64,000 nucleotides of DNA from Minisyncoccia bacterium (GCA_038912545.1 JBCLFD010000001.1:18956-82955), one strand, 5' to 3'; shown: positions 9,303 through 18,257, counted from the stretch's first letter. The notes: generated by a model from the sequence alone, not told the origin. Program-made: numbers and translations.

Positions 9303-9935
9303 ATGACTTTACTTCTCGCCCTCATCGTTCTCATTCTCTCCATTATCCTCCACGAGGTGGCGCACGGCTACGCTGCCGACTCGCTCGGCGACCCGACCGC
9401 GCGTCTCGCCGGTCGCCTGACTCTTAATCCGGTCCCACATATTGATCTTATGGGTTCCATCGTACTTCCGGCATTACTGGTATTCACTCAATCGCCGATT
9501 CTCTTCGGTTGGGCGAAGCCGGTTCCCTATAATCCCTATAATCTGCGCAATAAGCGCTGGGGGGAGGCGCTCGTCGCTGTTGCGGGCTCGGCAACGAACA
9601 TTCTGCTCGCCATTATCTTTGGTCTCATTGTGCGCTATGGGGCGGGGCTTGGCTTTGATGCCACCGCACTTTCTCTGGCTTCCACGATTGCATTCGTCAA
9701 TCTCTTTTTAGGACTCTTTAATCTCATCCCGATACCCCCTTTAGACGGCTTCACGACTCTGCGCGCGCTCCTGCCATGGAATCTCGCCCAGAGTCTTATT
9801 CGTTTTGAAAATCAAATCCGCGCTGGAGGTGCTCTCTCACTCATCCTCTTCCTCCTCATTTTCTACTACGTTCTTGCTGTCCCTTTCTTCAAGCTTGTTA
9901 TGTATCTCTTCGGTCTCCTTATTGGTGGCGTGTAG
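9303..9935 (+). CDS. site-2 protease family (M50) zinc metalloprotease
   Basis: HEVAHG HExxH motif in TM1, LNPxxHxD, multiple TM segments. Start trimmed to MTLLLAL. Confidence 0.7.
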   Translation: MTLLLALIVLILSIILHEVAHGYAADSLGDPTARLAGRLTLNPVPHIDLMGSIVLPALLVFTQSPILFGWAKPVPYNPYNLRNKRWGEALVAVAGSATNILLAIIFGLIVRYGAGLGFDATALSLASTIAFVNLFLGLFNLIPIPPLDGFTTLRALLPWNLAQSLIRFENQIRAGGALSLILFLLIFYYVLAVPFFKLVMYLFGLLIGGV

Positions 9936-9974
9936 TCGTACAGAGAGGCGCGGGCGACTGTTATAATAAAACCG

Positions 9975-10418
9975 ATGGAGTACCAAGTTCCGCAGTTTAT
10001 TGAAGTGGAGGATAAGGTCGTTGGACCACTGACGCTCCGACAATTTATCTATCTCGCCGGCTCTGGCGGTATCTGTGTCATCCTCATCGCCTACCTGCCA
10101 CTCGTTTTCGCGATTCTGCTCTGCATCCCCGTTGTTGCGCTCGGTGCCGCGCTTTCTTTTTATAAAGTAAACGGTAAATCGTTTATAGAAATTCTTGAAG
10201 CGGGCTTCAATTATTACACTGGAGCAAAGATGTTTCTCTGGAAGCGGGAAGCGCCGAAAGCAGAGAAGCCCGGCGCTGCAGCGGCTGCTGCCGCAGCCGC
10301 TGAGGCCGCGCTTCATCCAAAACACGCTCCGCGTCTCACAAGCGGAAAGCTCACCGAGCTCGCGTGGTCGTTAGATATTCAGAAACCAGACACTAACATC
10401 CTAGAGCCAAAATCCTAA
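9975..10418 (+). CDS. PrgI/VirB3-like small membrane protein (T4SS-associated)
   Basis: Two adjacent TM helices after a short N-terminus, poly-Ala/Lys tail, position directly 5' of the VirB4 ATPase. Confidence 0.55.
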   Translation: MEYQVPQFIEVEDKVVGPLTLRQFIYLAGSGGICVILIAYLPLVFAILLCIPVVALGAALSFYKVNGKSFIEILEAGFNYYTGAKMFLWKREAPKAEKPGAAAAAAAAAEAALHPKHAPRLTSGKLTELAWSLDIQKPDTNILEPKS

Positions 10419-10423
10419 TTTGT

Positions 10424-11062
10424 ATGTCTACTCCAACCATCGGCGCCACACAGCATTTCGTTCCCGTTAAAGAGATCCGGAACGGTACCATTATCCTGAA
10501 TGATGGCGGGTATCGCGGTATCCTTATGTGCTCCTCTATCAACTTCGGTCTCAAGTCGGCCGACGAACAGCACGCCATCACGCTTGGATTCCAAAACTTC
10601 TTGAATATGCTTGATTTCTCTATTCAAATCGTTATCAACTCGCGCAAAATGGACCTGCGTCCCTATCTCGCACTCTTAGAGGGGAAATCCGCCGACCAAA
10701 AGACCGAACTAATGCGCATTCAACTGCGTGAATATGTGGAATTCGTCCGTTCGTTCGCCGATCAGGCGAATATTATGACGAAAATGTTTTATATCGTTGT
10801 GCCGTACGCGCCGAGAGCGAGCGTGGCAAATGTTCTGCATACAATCAGCTTTCTCGGCGGGAAGAAAGAAACTCAAGCGGTTCGTGACAGCTCTTTTGAA
10901 GAAGACCGTATCCAGCTTGAACAGCGCCTCTCGCTCGTTGCAGGAGGACTTGAAGGCACCGGCGTGCGCGCGGTCCCTCTCGGCACCGAAGAAGTGATTG
11001 AGCTCCTCTATCGGGCGTTCAATCCGGGCGAGCTGGAGAATCCGATTCGTCTTGATGCATGA
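10424..11062 (+). CDS. VirB4/TraC-type ATPase, N-terminal domain fragment (separate ORF)
   Basis: VPVKEIRNGTIILNDGGYRGILMCSSINFGLKSADEQ matches the start of the CagE_TrbE_VirB N-domain. Ends 36 nt before the ATPase ORF. Confidence 0.6.
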   Translation: MSTPTIGATQHFVPVKEIRNGTIILNDGGYRGILMCSSINFGLKSADEQHAITLGFQNFLNMLDFSIQIVINSRKMDLRPYLALLEGKSADQKTELMRIQLREYVEFVRSFADQANIMTKMFYIVVPYAPRASVANVLHTISFLGGKKETQAVRDSSFEEDRIQLEQRLSLVAGGLEGTGVRAVPLGTEEVIELLYRAFNPGELENPIRLDA

Positions 11063-11098
11063 TTATGATGTGTAAACTTTTAAATATTTAAATATTTT

Positions 11099-12913
11099 AT
11101 GTCCTTACTCGACTTTCTCAACAAAAAGAATCAAGAAACGCCGGAGATTGTGCCGGTCCTGCCGAAAGACATCTACCGACAGGGGACACTGAATCTCGTT
11201 GATACGATAGCGCCAACCGCGCTGAAGATCGGCTCGCGCGAGCTGGAGCTCGGAGAGAAGTTCGTCCGTGCATTTTATACAATCTCCTATCCGCGTTTTC
11301 TAGCGGACAGCTGGTTCTCGCCAGTGGTGAATCTGGATAAAGTGCTGGATGTCTCAATCTTCATCCACCCGATAGACACCGAGCAGGCGCTCCGCAATTT
11401 CCAGAAAAAGGTCGCCGAGGTGGAGAGCCAGATTAATGAACGCGAGACGAAGGGCCTTGTGCGCGATCCGATGCTTGATACCTCCCACCAGGACCTTGAG
11501 TCGCTCCGCAACAATCTCCAACAGGCGCAGGAAAAACTTTTTGATGTCGGTCTTTACCTTGCGCTTTACGGCGACTCCCGAGAAGAAATTGACAAAACCG
11601 AGGGCGATATCCGCGGGATTCTTGATGCGAAGCTCGTTTACACCAAGCCCGCGCTCTTCCAACAGGAACAAGGATTCCGCTCCTGCCTCCCACTCGGCAC
11701 CGATGAACTCTTGGTTAATTCTAAACTGAATTCGTCGCCCCTCTCGTCGTTCTTCCCCTTCGTTTCGTTTGACCTCACGAGCGATCGCGGGATTCTCTAC
11801 GGGATAAATAGGCATAATTCATCCCTCATCCTCTTTGACCGCTTCTCGCTGGAGAATTACAACTCGGTCGTCTTCGCAAAGTCTGGCTCGGGCAAGAGTT
11901 ATGCGACGAAGCTGGAGGTACTTCGTTCGCTTATGTTCGGCACCGACGTCATCGTCATTGACCCAGAGCGCGAATATGAACAGCTCGCCGAGGCCACCGG
12001 CGGTCGTTCCTTCAATATCTCGCTCTCATCCGAACATCACATCAACCCTTTTGACCTCCCTCCGGTAAAGGAGGATGAGGACCCTCGCGATATCCTGCGC
12101 TCTAACATTATCAATCTCGTCGGGCTTTTCCGCCTTATGCTCGGCGGGCTCTCGCCAACCGAGGACGCGATTATTGACCGTGCCATCAGCGAGACGTATG
12201 CACTTAAAGACATCACCGGCGACGCAGACTTCACCGGTGCGGAACCGCCCTTGCTCTCCGACTTTGAACAAGTGCTCTCTGGCATGGAGGGAAGCGAATC
12301 CCTCGTGGAGCGACTCTCCAAATATACACGCGGGACGTGGTCGGGGTTCCTCAACCAGCCGACGAATATCAATATCAATCAGCAGTTCGTCGTCTTCTCG
12401 GTACGTGATATGGAGGATGAGTTGAAACCGATTGCGATGTATATCACGACGCACTACATCTGGAACGCGATACGTCACGAACTGAAGAAACGCCTGCTCA
12501 TTATTGACGAGGCATGGTGGATGATGAAGAGCGAAGACACAGCGAGCTTCCTCTACAGTATGGCAAAGCGCGGACGCAAATATTATCTCGGCGTCTGCAC
12601 CATCACGCAGGACGTGGAGGACTTCTTAAAGAGCCCGTACGGGAGGCCGATTCTCACAAACTCTTCACTTCAGCTCCTCTTGAAACAATCACCGACGACA
12701 ATTGATGTGCTCCAGCAGACATTTAATCTCACCGACGAAGAAAAATATCTCCTGCTGGAAGCGGGTGTGGGGGAGGGGCTCTTCTTCGCAGGGCTGAAGC
12801 ACGTCGCGATAAAGGTCGTCGCGAGCTATACCGAGGATCAAATCATCACCTCCGATCCTTCCCAGCTCATTGCGATTAAACAAGAGAAGGATCGCCATGC
12901 CGCGCAACAATAG
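11099..12913 (+). CDS. VirB4/TraC-type conjugal-transfer ATPase (core)
   Basis: FVRAFYTISYPRF N-domain continuation. Walker A AKSGSGKSY, Walker B LLIIDEAWWMM. Confidence 0.8.
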   Translation: MSLLDFLNKKNQETPEIVPVLPKDIYRQGTLNLVDTIAPTALKIGSRELELGEKFVRAFYTISYPRFLADSWFSPVVNLDKVLDVSIFIHPIDTEQALRNFQKKVAEVESQINERETKGLVRDPMLDTSHQDLESLRNNLQQAQEKLFDVGLYLALYGDSREEIDKTEGDIRGILDAKLVYTKPALFQQEQGFRSCLPLGTDELLVNSKLNSSPLSSFFPFVSFDLTSDRGILYGINRHNSSLILFDRFSLENYNSVVFAKSGSGKSYATKLEVLRSLMFGTDVIVIDPEREYEQLAEATGGRSFNISLSSEHHINPFDLPPVKEDEDPRDILRSNIINLVGLFRLMLGGLSPTEDAIIDRAISETYALKDITGDADFTGAEPPLLSDFEQVLSGMEGSESLVERLSKYTRGTWSGFLNQPTNININQQFVVFSVRDMEDELKPIAMYITTHYIWNAIRHELKKRLLIIDEAWWMMKSEDTASFLYSMAKRGRKYYLGVCTITQDVEDFLKSPYGRPILTNSSLQLLLKQSPTTIDVLQQTFNLTDEEKYLLLEAGVGEGLFFAGLKHVAIKVVASYTEDQIITSDPSQLIAIKQEKDRHAAQQ

Positions 12914-13523
12914 TAGTCCGCCACCACCGCCCGTGATGACGTGGGGCAAAGCATCTCCGATTCTCATCGTCTCCGGCATTTTTGATGCTCTTCGTTATAT
13001 GTTTTTGATGTTTTGGTTTTTCGGACCGGCTCTGGCAGCCCTCTACTGCACCGTCAAAACTAGCGCGGTGGTCGGGACGACTATAGGAGGGTTCGCGTGT
13101 ACAACAGGAGCTGCGGTGGTTGGTTTCTACGGGGCGCCCATCTTTGCCGCCTTTGGTACTATCATGGCGATGGCGACTGCGCTCGCTGGATTCCTCACCG
13201 TATTCCTTCTTCTCGCCATTATGAATAGTCGTGTATTCAAAGAGCCAACGACAATTTTGTGGGCATTGTTCGGCCTTACTATCAGCATCACCGTCACGGT
13301 GTGGCGGCTCTACAGCGCGCAGATTAAAACCGAAAAGGCTGCCTATAAAAAATGGGAAAAGGAAACTGCAGATGCGCGTGCGCGCGAACAACAACAGCGC
13401 GCTCTACAAGCTCAGCAAGCCCAACAAGCCCAGCAGATGCAACAGACGCAAGCGGAGCAAATTGCTGAACAAGAAGAAACACAACAAGAGGAACAAAAGA
13501 GTCGCGCGGAGGCGTTATACTAG
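12897..13523 (+). CDS. polytopic membrane protein with Gln/Glu-rich C-terminal coiled tail (T4SS-cluster protein)
   Basis: 3-4 TM helices, then QQQRALQAQQAQQAQQMQQTQAEQ. ATG at 12897 overlaps the VirB4 stop; an alternative start is at 12936. Confidence 0.5.
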   Translation: MPRNNSSPPPPPVMTWGKASPILIVSGIFDALRYMFLMFWFFGPALAALYCTVKTSAVVGTTIGGFACTTGAAVVGFYGAPIFAAFGTIMAMATALAGFLTVFLLLAIMNSRVFKEPTTILWALFGLTISITVTVWRLYSAQIKTEKAAYKKWEKETADARAREQQQRALQAQQAQQAQQMQQTQAEQIAEQEETQQEEQKSRAEALY

Positions 13524-13527
13524 AGAC

Positions 13528-14505
13528 ATGCGATATGCGCTTCTGATAGGACTTATGCTCGTGGCGCCGATGATGGTGTCGGCGCAGTATATGACGAGTA
13601 CGGATCCATTCAACCTCACGGTCACGCCTCAGTATCCCGTACCGAATAGTTCTGTCACTCTCACCGCACTCTCTGCGGGCATTGATCTCGCGAACGCGAC
13701 AATGGATGTTTCTGCGAACGGTACGTCGGTCTACAAGGGCTCGGTACGCGCGGTTGATGTCCCAGTCCTAGGCGCCGGCGTGCTCATTAATATACGAGTA
13801 GTGATAACGAGCAATGGCGCGAGCGCGAGCCAGACGGTTTCTGTCCGCCCGCAGGACCTCGTGCTTATAACTGAACCGCTCGCGACCGCACCACCGCTCT
13901 ATCTCGGCAAAGCACTTCCGCCTCTCGGCGGGAGTGTGCGCATTGTCGCCGTAGCAGGATTTAAAAATGGAAGCGGTACCGCGCTTGACCCCGCGAAACT
14001 CTCGTATGCGTGGAAGGTGGACGACGCTCTCCAGGCGAATATGTCGGGTATCGGTAAGAGCGCGATTATCGTCGCGACACCGCTTCAATATCGCAATCGC
14101 AGTGTGTCGGTGGTCGTCCAGAGCCAAGACGGCTCTCTCGTGACCGGCGCATCGCTCTCGCTCGCCCCTCACGAACCGACCGTTCGTATTTATGAAAATG
14201 ACCCCCTGCTCGGCATCCGCTTTGACCGCGCACTATCGTCTTCATACTCCATCACTGATGCAGAATCCTCGCTCTATGCTGGCCTCTATTCATTCCCGAC
14301 TGGAGCGGGCACATCCGCGATTAATTGGTATCTAAATGGTGCACTCGCACAGAGCGGTACAACGATAACACTCCGTCCCACGGGGCTAGGGAAGGGGAAT
14401 GCCTCTCTTTCGCTCGTCGCGGCAATAGGCGACCTTGTGAGCGCAACACAATCGCTTCAAATATTATTCGGGGCGAAGCCCACATCTAATTTCTTCGGCT
14501 TATGA
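13528..14505 (+). CDS. secreted protein (signal peptide, Ala/Ser/Val-rich, beta-rich)
   Basis: MRYALLIGLMLVAPMMVSAQ signal peptide. The listed N-terminal extension is basic read-through, so the start is trimmed. Confidence 0.5.
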   Translation: MRYALLIGLMLVAPMMVSAQYMTSTDPFNLTVTPQYPVPNSSVTLTALSAGIDLANATMDVSANGTSVYKGSVRAVDVPVLGAGVLINIRVVITSNGASASQTVSVRPQDLVLITEPLATAPPLYLGKALPPLGGSVRIVAVAGFKNGSGTALDPAKLSYAWKVDDALQANMSGIGKSAIIVATPLQYRNRSVSVVVQSQDGSLVTGASLSLAPHEPTVRIYENDPLLGIRFDRALSSSYSITDAESSLYAGLYSFPTGAGTSAINWYLNGALAQSGTTITLRPTGLGKGNASLSLVAAIGDLVSATQSLQILFGAKPTSNFFGL

Positions 14506-15458
14506 TGAGAAAAACTTTTATAACTTTGTCGCTCTTCGCCATCGCATTTGTGGCAACGTCCGCGCACGCTCAAGAATTCATCCCGCTCGCGCCCATTCCG
14601 GGCCTCACCACAGGAATAACAGCAGATCAGGCGGGTCTCGCGAACTTTTTAAATAATCTTTACAAATATCTCATTGGTCTTGCTGCTGTTATCGCGGTGG
14701 TAGAGATTATCTGGGGCGGTCTCCTCTATTCCACACAGGATGTGCCGGGATCGAAAACGAATGGAAAAGAAAAAATCCAGAATGCACTCCTCGGCCTCGT
14801 CCTCGTCCTCTCCCCCGTCCTTGTCTTCTCCATCATCAATCCAAGCATCCTGAATCTCTCCATCAATCTCCCGGAGCTCGACACAAAATCCGGCGCTCCG
14901 AATCAAACAGGGGGTACGGGAGGAACTGGGACTCAAACTGTTGATGCTACAACTAACTGTACTGTGACGGGCACGATTGGCATCCTCCAGATTGCGACTT
15001 GTCCAACAGAGTCTGCATCAAAAACATGGGGGGCGACGTGTACGTGGGGTAATTTGTCGTCAATTGAACCCCTCACGATTAGTGCTGGTGGTGCCGTTGC
15101 ACAAAATACAATTTCCTGCTCTAACAAAAACAGTTATGTATTCATAGAGACGATAGGTGTAGTAAGCTTTTCGAAAGCAATAAATACTCTTCGTCCATTA
15201 GCCCAGACTGTCGACAATTCCGAGAATGCATCATCTGCAATTTCGTTTGCGAATATTTGTAATGCAGCAGGACGAAAAACATGCATAAGTGACATCCCTA
15301 AGGTTACTTTTTCCGTTGAGTGTTTACCAAAACCAATGACACAAATTCCTGCCTCATCCGGAGGAAGCGGCAAATGCTATAAAGAGACACTTACTTGTGA
15401 AAATGTAAGCGGAAATACAAAGTGTGTTGCAACTCCTGATTGGACACCATTCCAATAA
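14502..15458 (+). CDS. TrbC/VirB2-like pilin-fold protein with Cys-rich C-terminal extracellular domain
   Basis: Signal peptide, two hydrophobic helices (YLIGLAAVIAVVEIIWGGLLY; ALLGLVLVLSPVLVF), then a ~190-aa domain with 12 Cys. Confidence 0.5.
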   Translation: MMRKTFITLSLFAIAFVATSAHAQEFIPLAPIPGLTTGITADQAGLANFLNNLYKYLIGLAAVIAVVEIIWGGLLYSTQDVPGSKTNGKEKIQNALLGLVLVLSPVLVFSIINPSILNLSINLPELDTKSGAPNQTGGTGGTGTQTVDATTNCTVTGTIGILQIATCPTESASKTWGATCTWGNLSSIEPLTISAGGAVAQNTISCSNKNSYVFIETIGVVSFSKAINTLRPLAQTVDNSENASSAISFANICNAAGRKTCISDIPKVTFSVECLPKPMTQIPASSGGSGKCYKETLTCENVSGNTKCVATPDWTPFQ

Positions 15459-15460
15459 AT

Positions 15461-17095
15461 ATGCGACGGACACTTACCATCATCGCAGTTGTGATAGTCC
15501 TCGGAGGACTTGTGGTGTGGGCGTATTTCTCATTCTTCGCAAATCAGGCGGGCATTACGGTCGCGCCAACGGGTACGACGAGCTTGCCGGGAGCAGGGCA
15601 GGCGACTACCCCCACTCAGGGCGAGACGGCGTCTCCGGCGACGACTGCGGTCACTACAGCGGCTGGTGCACGGTTGGTGAAGATAAGTGCGGGGCCGGTG
15701 GTGCCGAGCCCTATTGTTTACAGAAGCACGTCAACAACAACACCAGGATTCTTTGTAAACTACATTGAGCGACAGAGCGGAAACGTTTTCTCCTATTCGT
15801 CTGTCACCCGTTCATCCACGAGAATAAGCAACAAAACCGTTCCGGGAATCCAGTTGGCAGTGTGGCTTCCGAGTGCCCAGACGGCGTTTGTGCGCTATCT
15901 ATCGGGCACTGATTCTACAACTATCAATACGTACGCTCTGAACGCGGACGGTTCCGACGGTTTCTTTTTGGAACAAAATCTCGCTGATATCGCCGTTTCT
16001 TCAACCAGTATTTTGACTCTCGCGTCTGGCGTAACCGGCTCGGTCGCGTCCACCCGCCGCACCGATGGGACGCGCTCGGTTGAAGTGTTTTCTTCGCCAC
16101 TCTCCTCTCTCCGAGTCGCCCTCGCCGGTAAGAATCGTTATTTCGCCTTTACCAATCCTTCGTCATCTCTCGGTGGAGCGGTATTTCTTGTTGATGGTGC
16201 TGGTCGGCTCTCTCGCATCGCCGGTCCTCTAAACGGACTCGTCGCTCTCCCGAGCCCTTCGGGCGCGACCGTGCTCGTGAGCTATGTGGTCGGCGGCGCG
16301 ATGCAGATGGAGCTTGTGAACACCGCGACCGGCGCCGTGACTCAACTCCCGGTCGCTACTATCGCCGACAAATGTGTCTGGGCTGCTGACAACTTGGCGG
16401 TCTATTGTGGTATCCCAATGAACCCTCCGGCGAACTACACCTACCCAGACGACTGGTACCAGAGCGCAATTTCATTCTCTGATCGTATCTGGAAGATTAA
16501 TGTCGCCGGACGCTATGCTGAATTGGTCCTTGATTTCTCAAAAGAAAATGATATCGCTCTTGATGCTGTGGCTCTTTCTATTGATTCTGCCGGAACGGCA
16601 CTCTCCTTCATCAATAAAATAGACGGCTCTCTCTGGGTATATTCACCACAAATATCGTATCAAGAAGCATCGCAAACATCGCCAGCCCCAACCATTCAAG
16701 TGCCAGTTTCACAAAAAACACCATCAATCAATCAAAATACACCCTCCTCAACAAACAATTCAGAAGTAAATACCCCTCCCGTTTCAACAGGAGCACAAAC
16801 TAACAATCAACTAACGCCAAATCCAACAACATCCGTACCGTCAAGCGTTTCTGTAAACATACAAGGTTTTGCGTTTAATCCCTCAACACTGACAATTAAA
16901 AAAGACACAAAGGTTACGTGGACTAATAATGACAGTGTAATTCATACTGTAACTTCTGATTCCGGTAATCTTCTAAATTCGCCAACACTTTCTCCTGGAA
17001 CATCTTTCAGTTTTACTTTCGCCAACACTGGTTCACTAACCTATCATTGTGCTGTTCACCCGACTATGAAAAGCACAATTATTGTTGAAAACTAA
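15461..17095 (+). CDS. membrane-anchored protein with C-terminal amicyanin/plastocyanin-like cupredoxin domain
   Basis: N-terminal TM, Thr/Ser-rich linker. C-terminus KVTWTNNDSVIHTV...YHCAVHPTM carries type-1 Cu ligands His, Cys-x2-His-x2-Met. Confidence 0.65.
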   Translation: MRRTLTIIAVVIVLGGLVVWAYFSFFANQAGITVAPTGTTSLPGAGQATTPTQGETASPATTAVTTAAGARLVKISAGPVVPSPIVYRSTSTTTPGFFVNYIERQSGNVFSYSSVTRSSTRISNKTVPGIQLAVWLPSAQTAFVRYLSGTDSTTINTYALNADGSDGFFLEQNLADIAVSSTSILTLASGVTGSVASTRRTDGTRSVEVFSSPLSSLRVALAGKNRYFAFTNPSSSLGGAVFLVDGAGRLSRIAGPLNGLVALPSPSGATVLVSYVVGGAMQMELVNTATGAVTQLPVATIADKCVWAADNLAVYCGIPMNPPANYTYPDDWYQSAISFSDRIWKINVAGRYAELVLDFSKENDIALDAVALSIDSAGTALSFINKIDGSLWVYSPQISYQEASQTSPAPTIQVPVSQKTPSINQNTPSSTNNSEVNTPPVSTGAQTNNQLTPNPTTSVPSSVSVNIQGFAFNPSTLTIKKDTKVTWTNNDSVIHTVTSDSGNLLNSPTLSPGTSFSFTFANTGSLTYHCAVHPTMKSTIIVEN

Positions 17096-17187
17096 CCTAA
17101 TTGTTTCGCTCTAAATTCCGATTGTCTCATTATTTCTACGGTCGTAAGTAAGTTGTGCTGATTAACATGTTTGGTCTGTTGGGTTGT

Positions 17188-17940
17188 TTACTCGGGAATG
17201 GTAAGAGATTTTGAGGCAGAACCCTTGGCGAGAGAGCGGCGCATATGCAATTCTTGGAGAGATCCGACGAGGTTTGTGGTGATGAAGTACAAAGCGAGGG
17301 CACTTGAAGTTGTATAGGAAATAATGCCAATAAGGAAGGGAAATACATATTTGAGCTGGAGGCCCATAATCTTTTGAAAGTCACCCTGCATACCGCCCGT
17401 GCTGGAGGGTTTCATCGTTCCTGCGAGAGAGAGATGTGCTTGAAGATATTGTGTGAGCCCTGCAAGTACTGCGAGCACAATACTCTTGCCCGTTACCGCA
17501 ATAATACCAAGTAGATTGAGCGATACCTCATCAGGAACTGGAGTAAATGAATATAAAAGTGCCGTATTTGCTCCCGAAAACGGTTCATAAAAGAATACCC
17601 AATAGAGAGCGAGAAGAACAGGGATTTGAATAAACACCATTAAGATACTGGCAAAAGGATTCACTTTTGCCTCTTTATAAAGAGAGAGTGTCGCTAGTGC
17701 TTCTTTTTCTTTATTCCCTTTGTGGATTTCCTTGAGCTCTTTTAGTTTCGGTTCCAAGTCTCTCATAGCGTGCTGTGTGCGCGCTGCAGCGAGAGAGAAT
17801 GGAAGAAGAATAAGCCGAATGACTATCGTGAGGAGGATAACGGCGATGCCGATGTCCGAACCTGGTACAAGCGCCACAAGCGCCACAAGCGCATTGTAGA
17901 TTGGATCATAAAAAACGGCGTGGAAAAATGCAGATATCAT
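17188..17940 (-). CDS. yidC: membrane protein insertase YidC (short form)
   Basis: YidC/Oxa1 core TM pattern, plus synteny with rnpA-rpmH-dnaA. Confidence 0.85.
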   Translation of the reverse strand: MISAFFHAVFYDPIYNALVALVALVPGSDIGIAVILLTIVIRLILLPFSLAAARTQHAMRDLEPKLKELKEIHKGNKEKEALATLSLYKEAKVNPFASILMVFIQIPVLLALYWVFFYEPFSGANTALLYSFTPVPDEVSLNLLGIIAVTGKSIVLAVLAGLTQYLQAHLSLAGTMKPSSTGGMQGDFQKIMGLQLKYVFPFLIGIISYTTSSALALYFITTNLVGSLQELHMRRSLAKGSASKSLTIPE

Positions 17941-17950
17941 GTGGTAAGAA

Positions 17951-18250
17951 TCACGAAATAAGTTTAGTAAGTTCTAATTGCATTTCATCATACCTCATGT
18001 CCTTAACTCCCGCTCGCGGAAAGACAATTAGGCCCTTAGGGAGAGGAAGTGTCCGAAGAACTTCCAGTATTCGCCGTTTGATACGGTGGCGCGTCACTGC
18101 GAGGCGGGCTATCTTCTTCGACACGACGACGGCATAACCGGATTCTGTTTCGGACCGAACGATGGAAAAATGTGTAGAGGAATGGCGTTTGCCTGATTTT
18201 AATGTAGTCTCAAAAACCGTGCGAGAGAGCCGATTTCGGCGCTTAAACAC
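17951..18250 (-). CDS. rnpA: ribonuclease P protein component
   Basis: HFSIV...GYAVVVSKKIARLAVTRHRIKRR. GTG start chosen 7 nt after the rpmH stop; the longer listed ORF runs through rpmH. Confidence 0.7.
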   Translation of the reverse strand: MFKRRNRLSRTVFETTLKSGKRHSSTHFSIVRSETESGYAVVVSKKIARLAVTRHRIKRRILEVLRTLPLPKGLIVFPRAGVKDMRYDEMQLELTKLIS

Positions 18251-18257
18251 AGGACAT

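Noticed and set aside
10255-10300. GCN trinucleotide repeat (gcagcggctgctgccgcagccgctgaggcc)
   Set aside because: It encodes a poly-Ala stretch inside the PrgI-like protein. It is a low-complexity coding repeat, not a CRISPR or SSR locus.
13231-13527. 99-aa basic N-terminal extension of the secreted protein ORF
   Set aside because: It is an alternative frame of the Gln-rich tail of the upstream gene (K/R/N-rich read-through). A canonical signal peptide begins at Met 13528.
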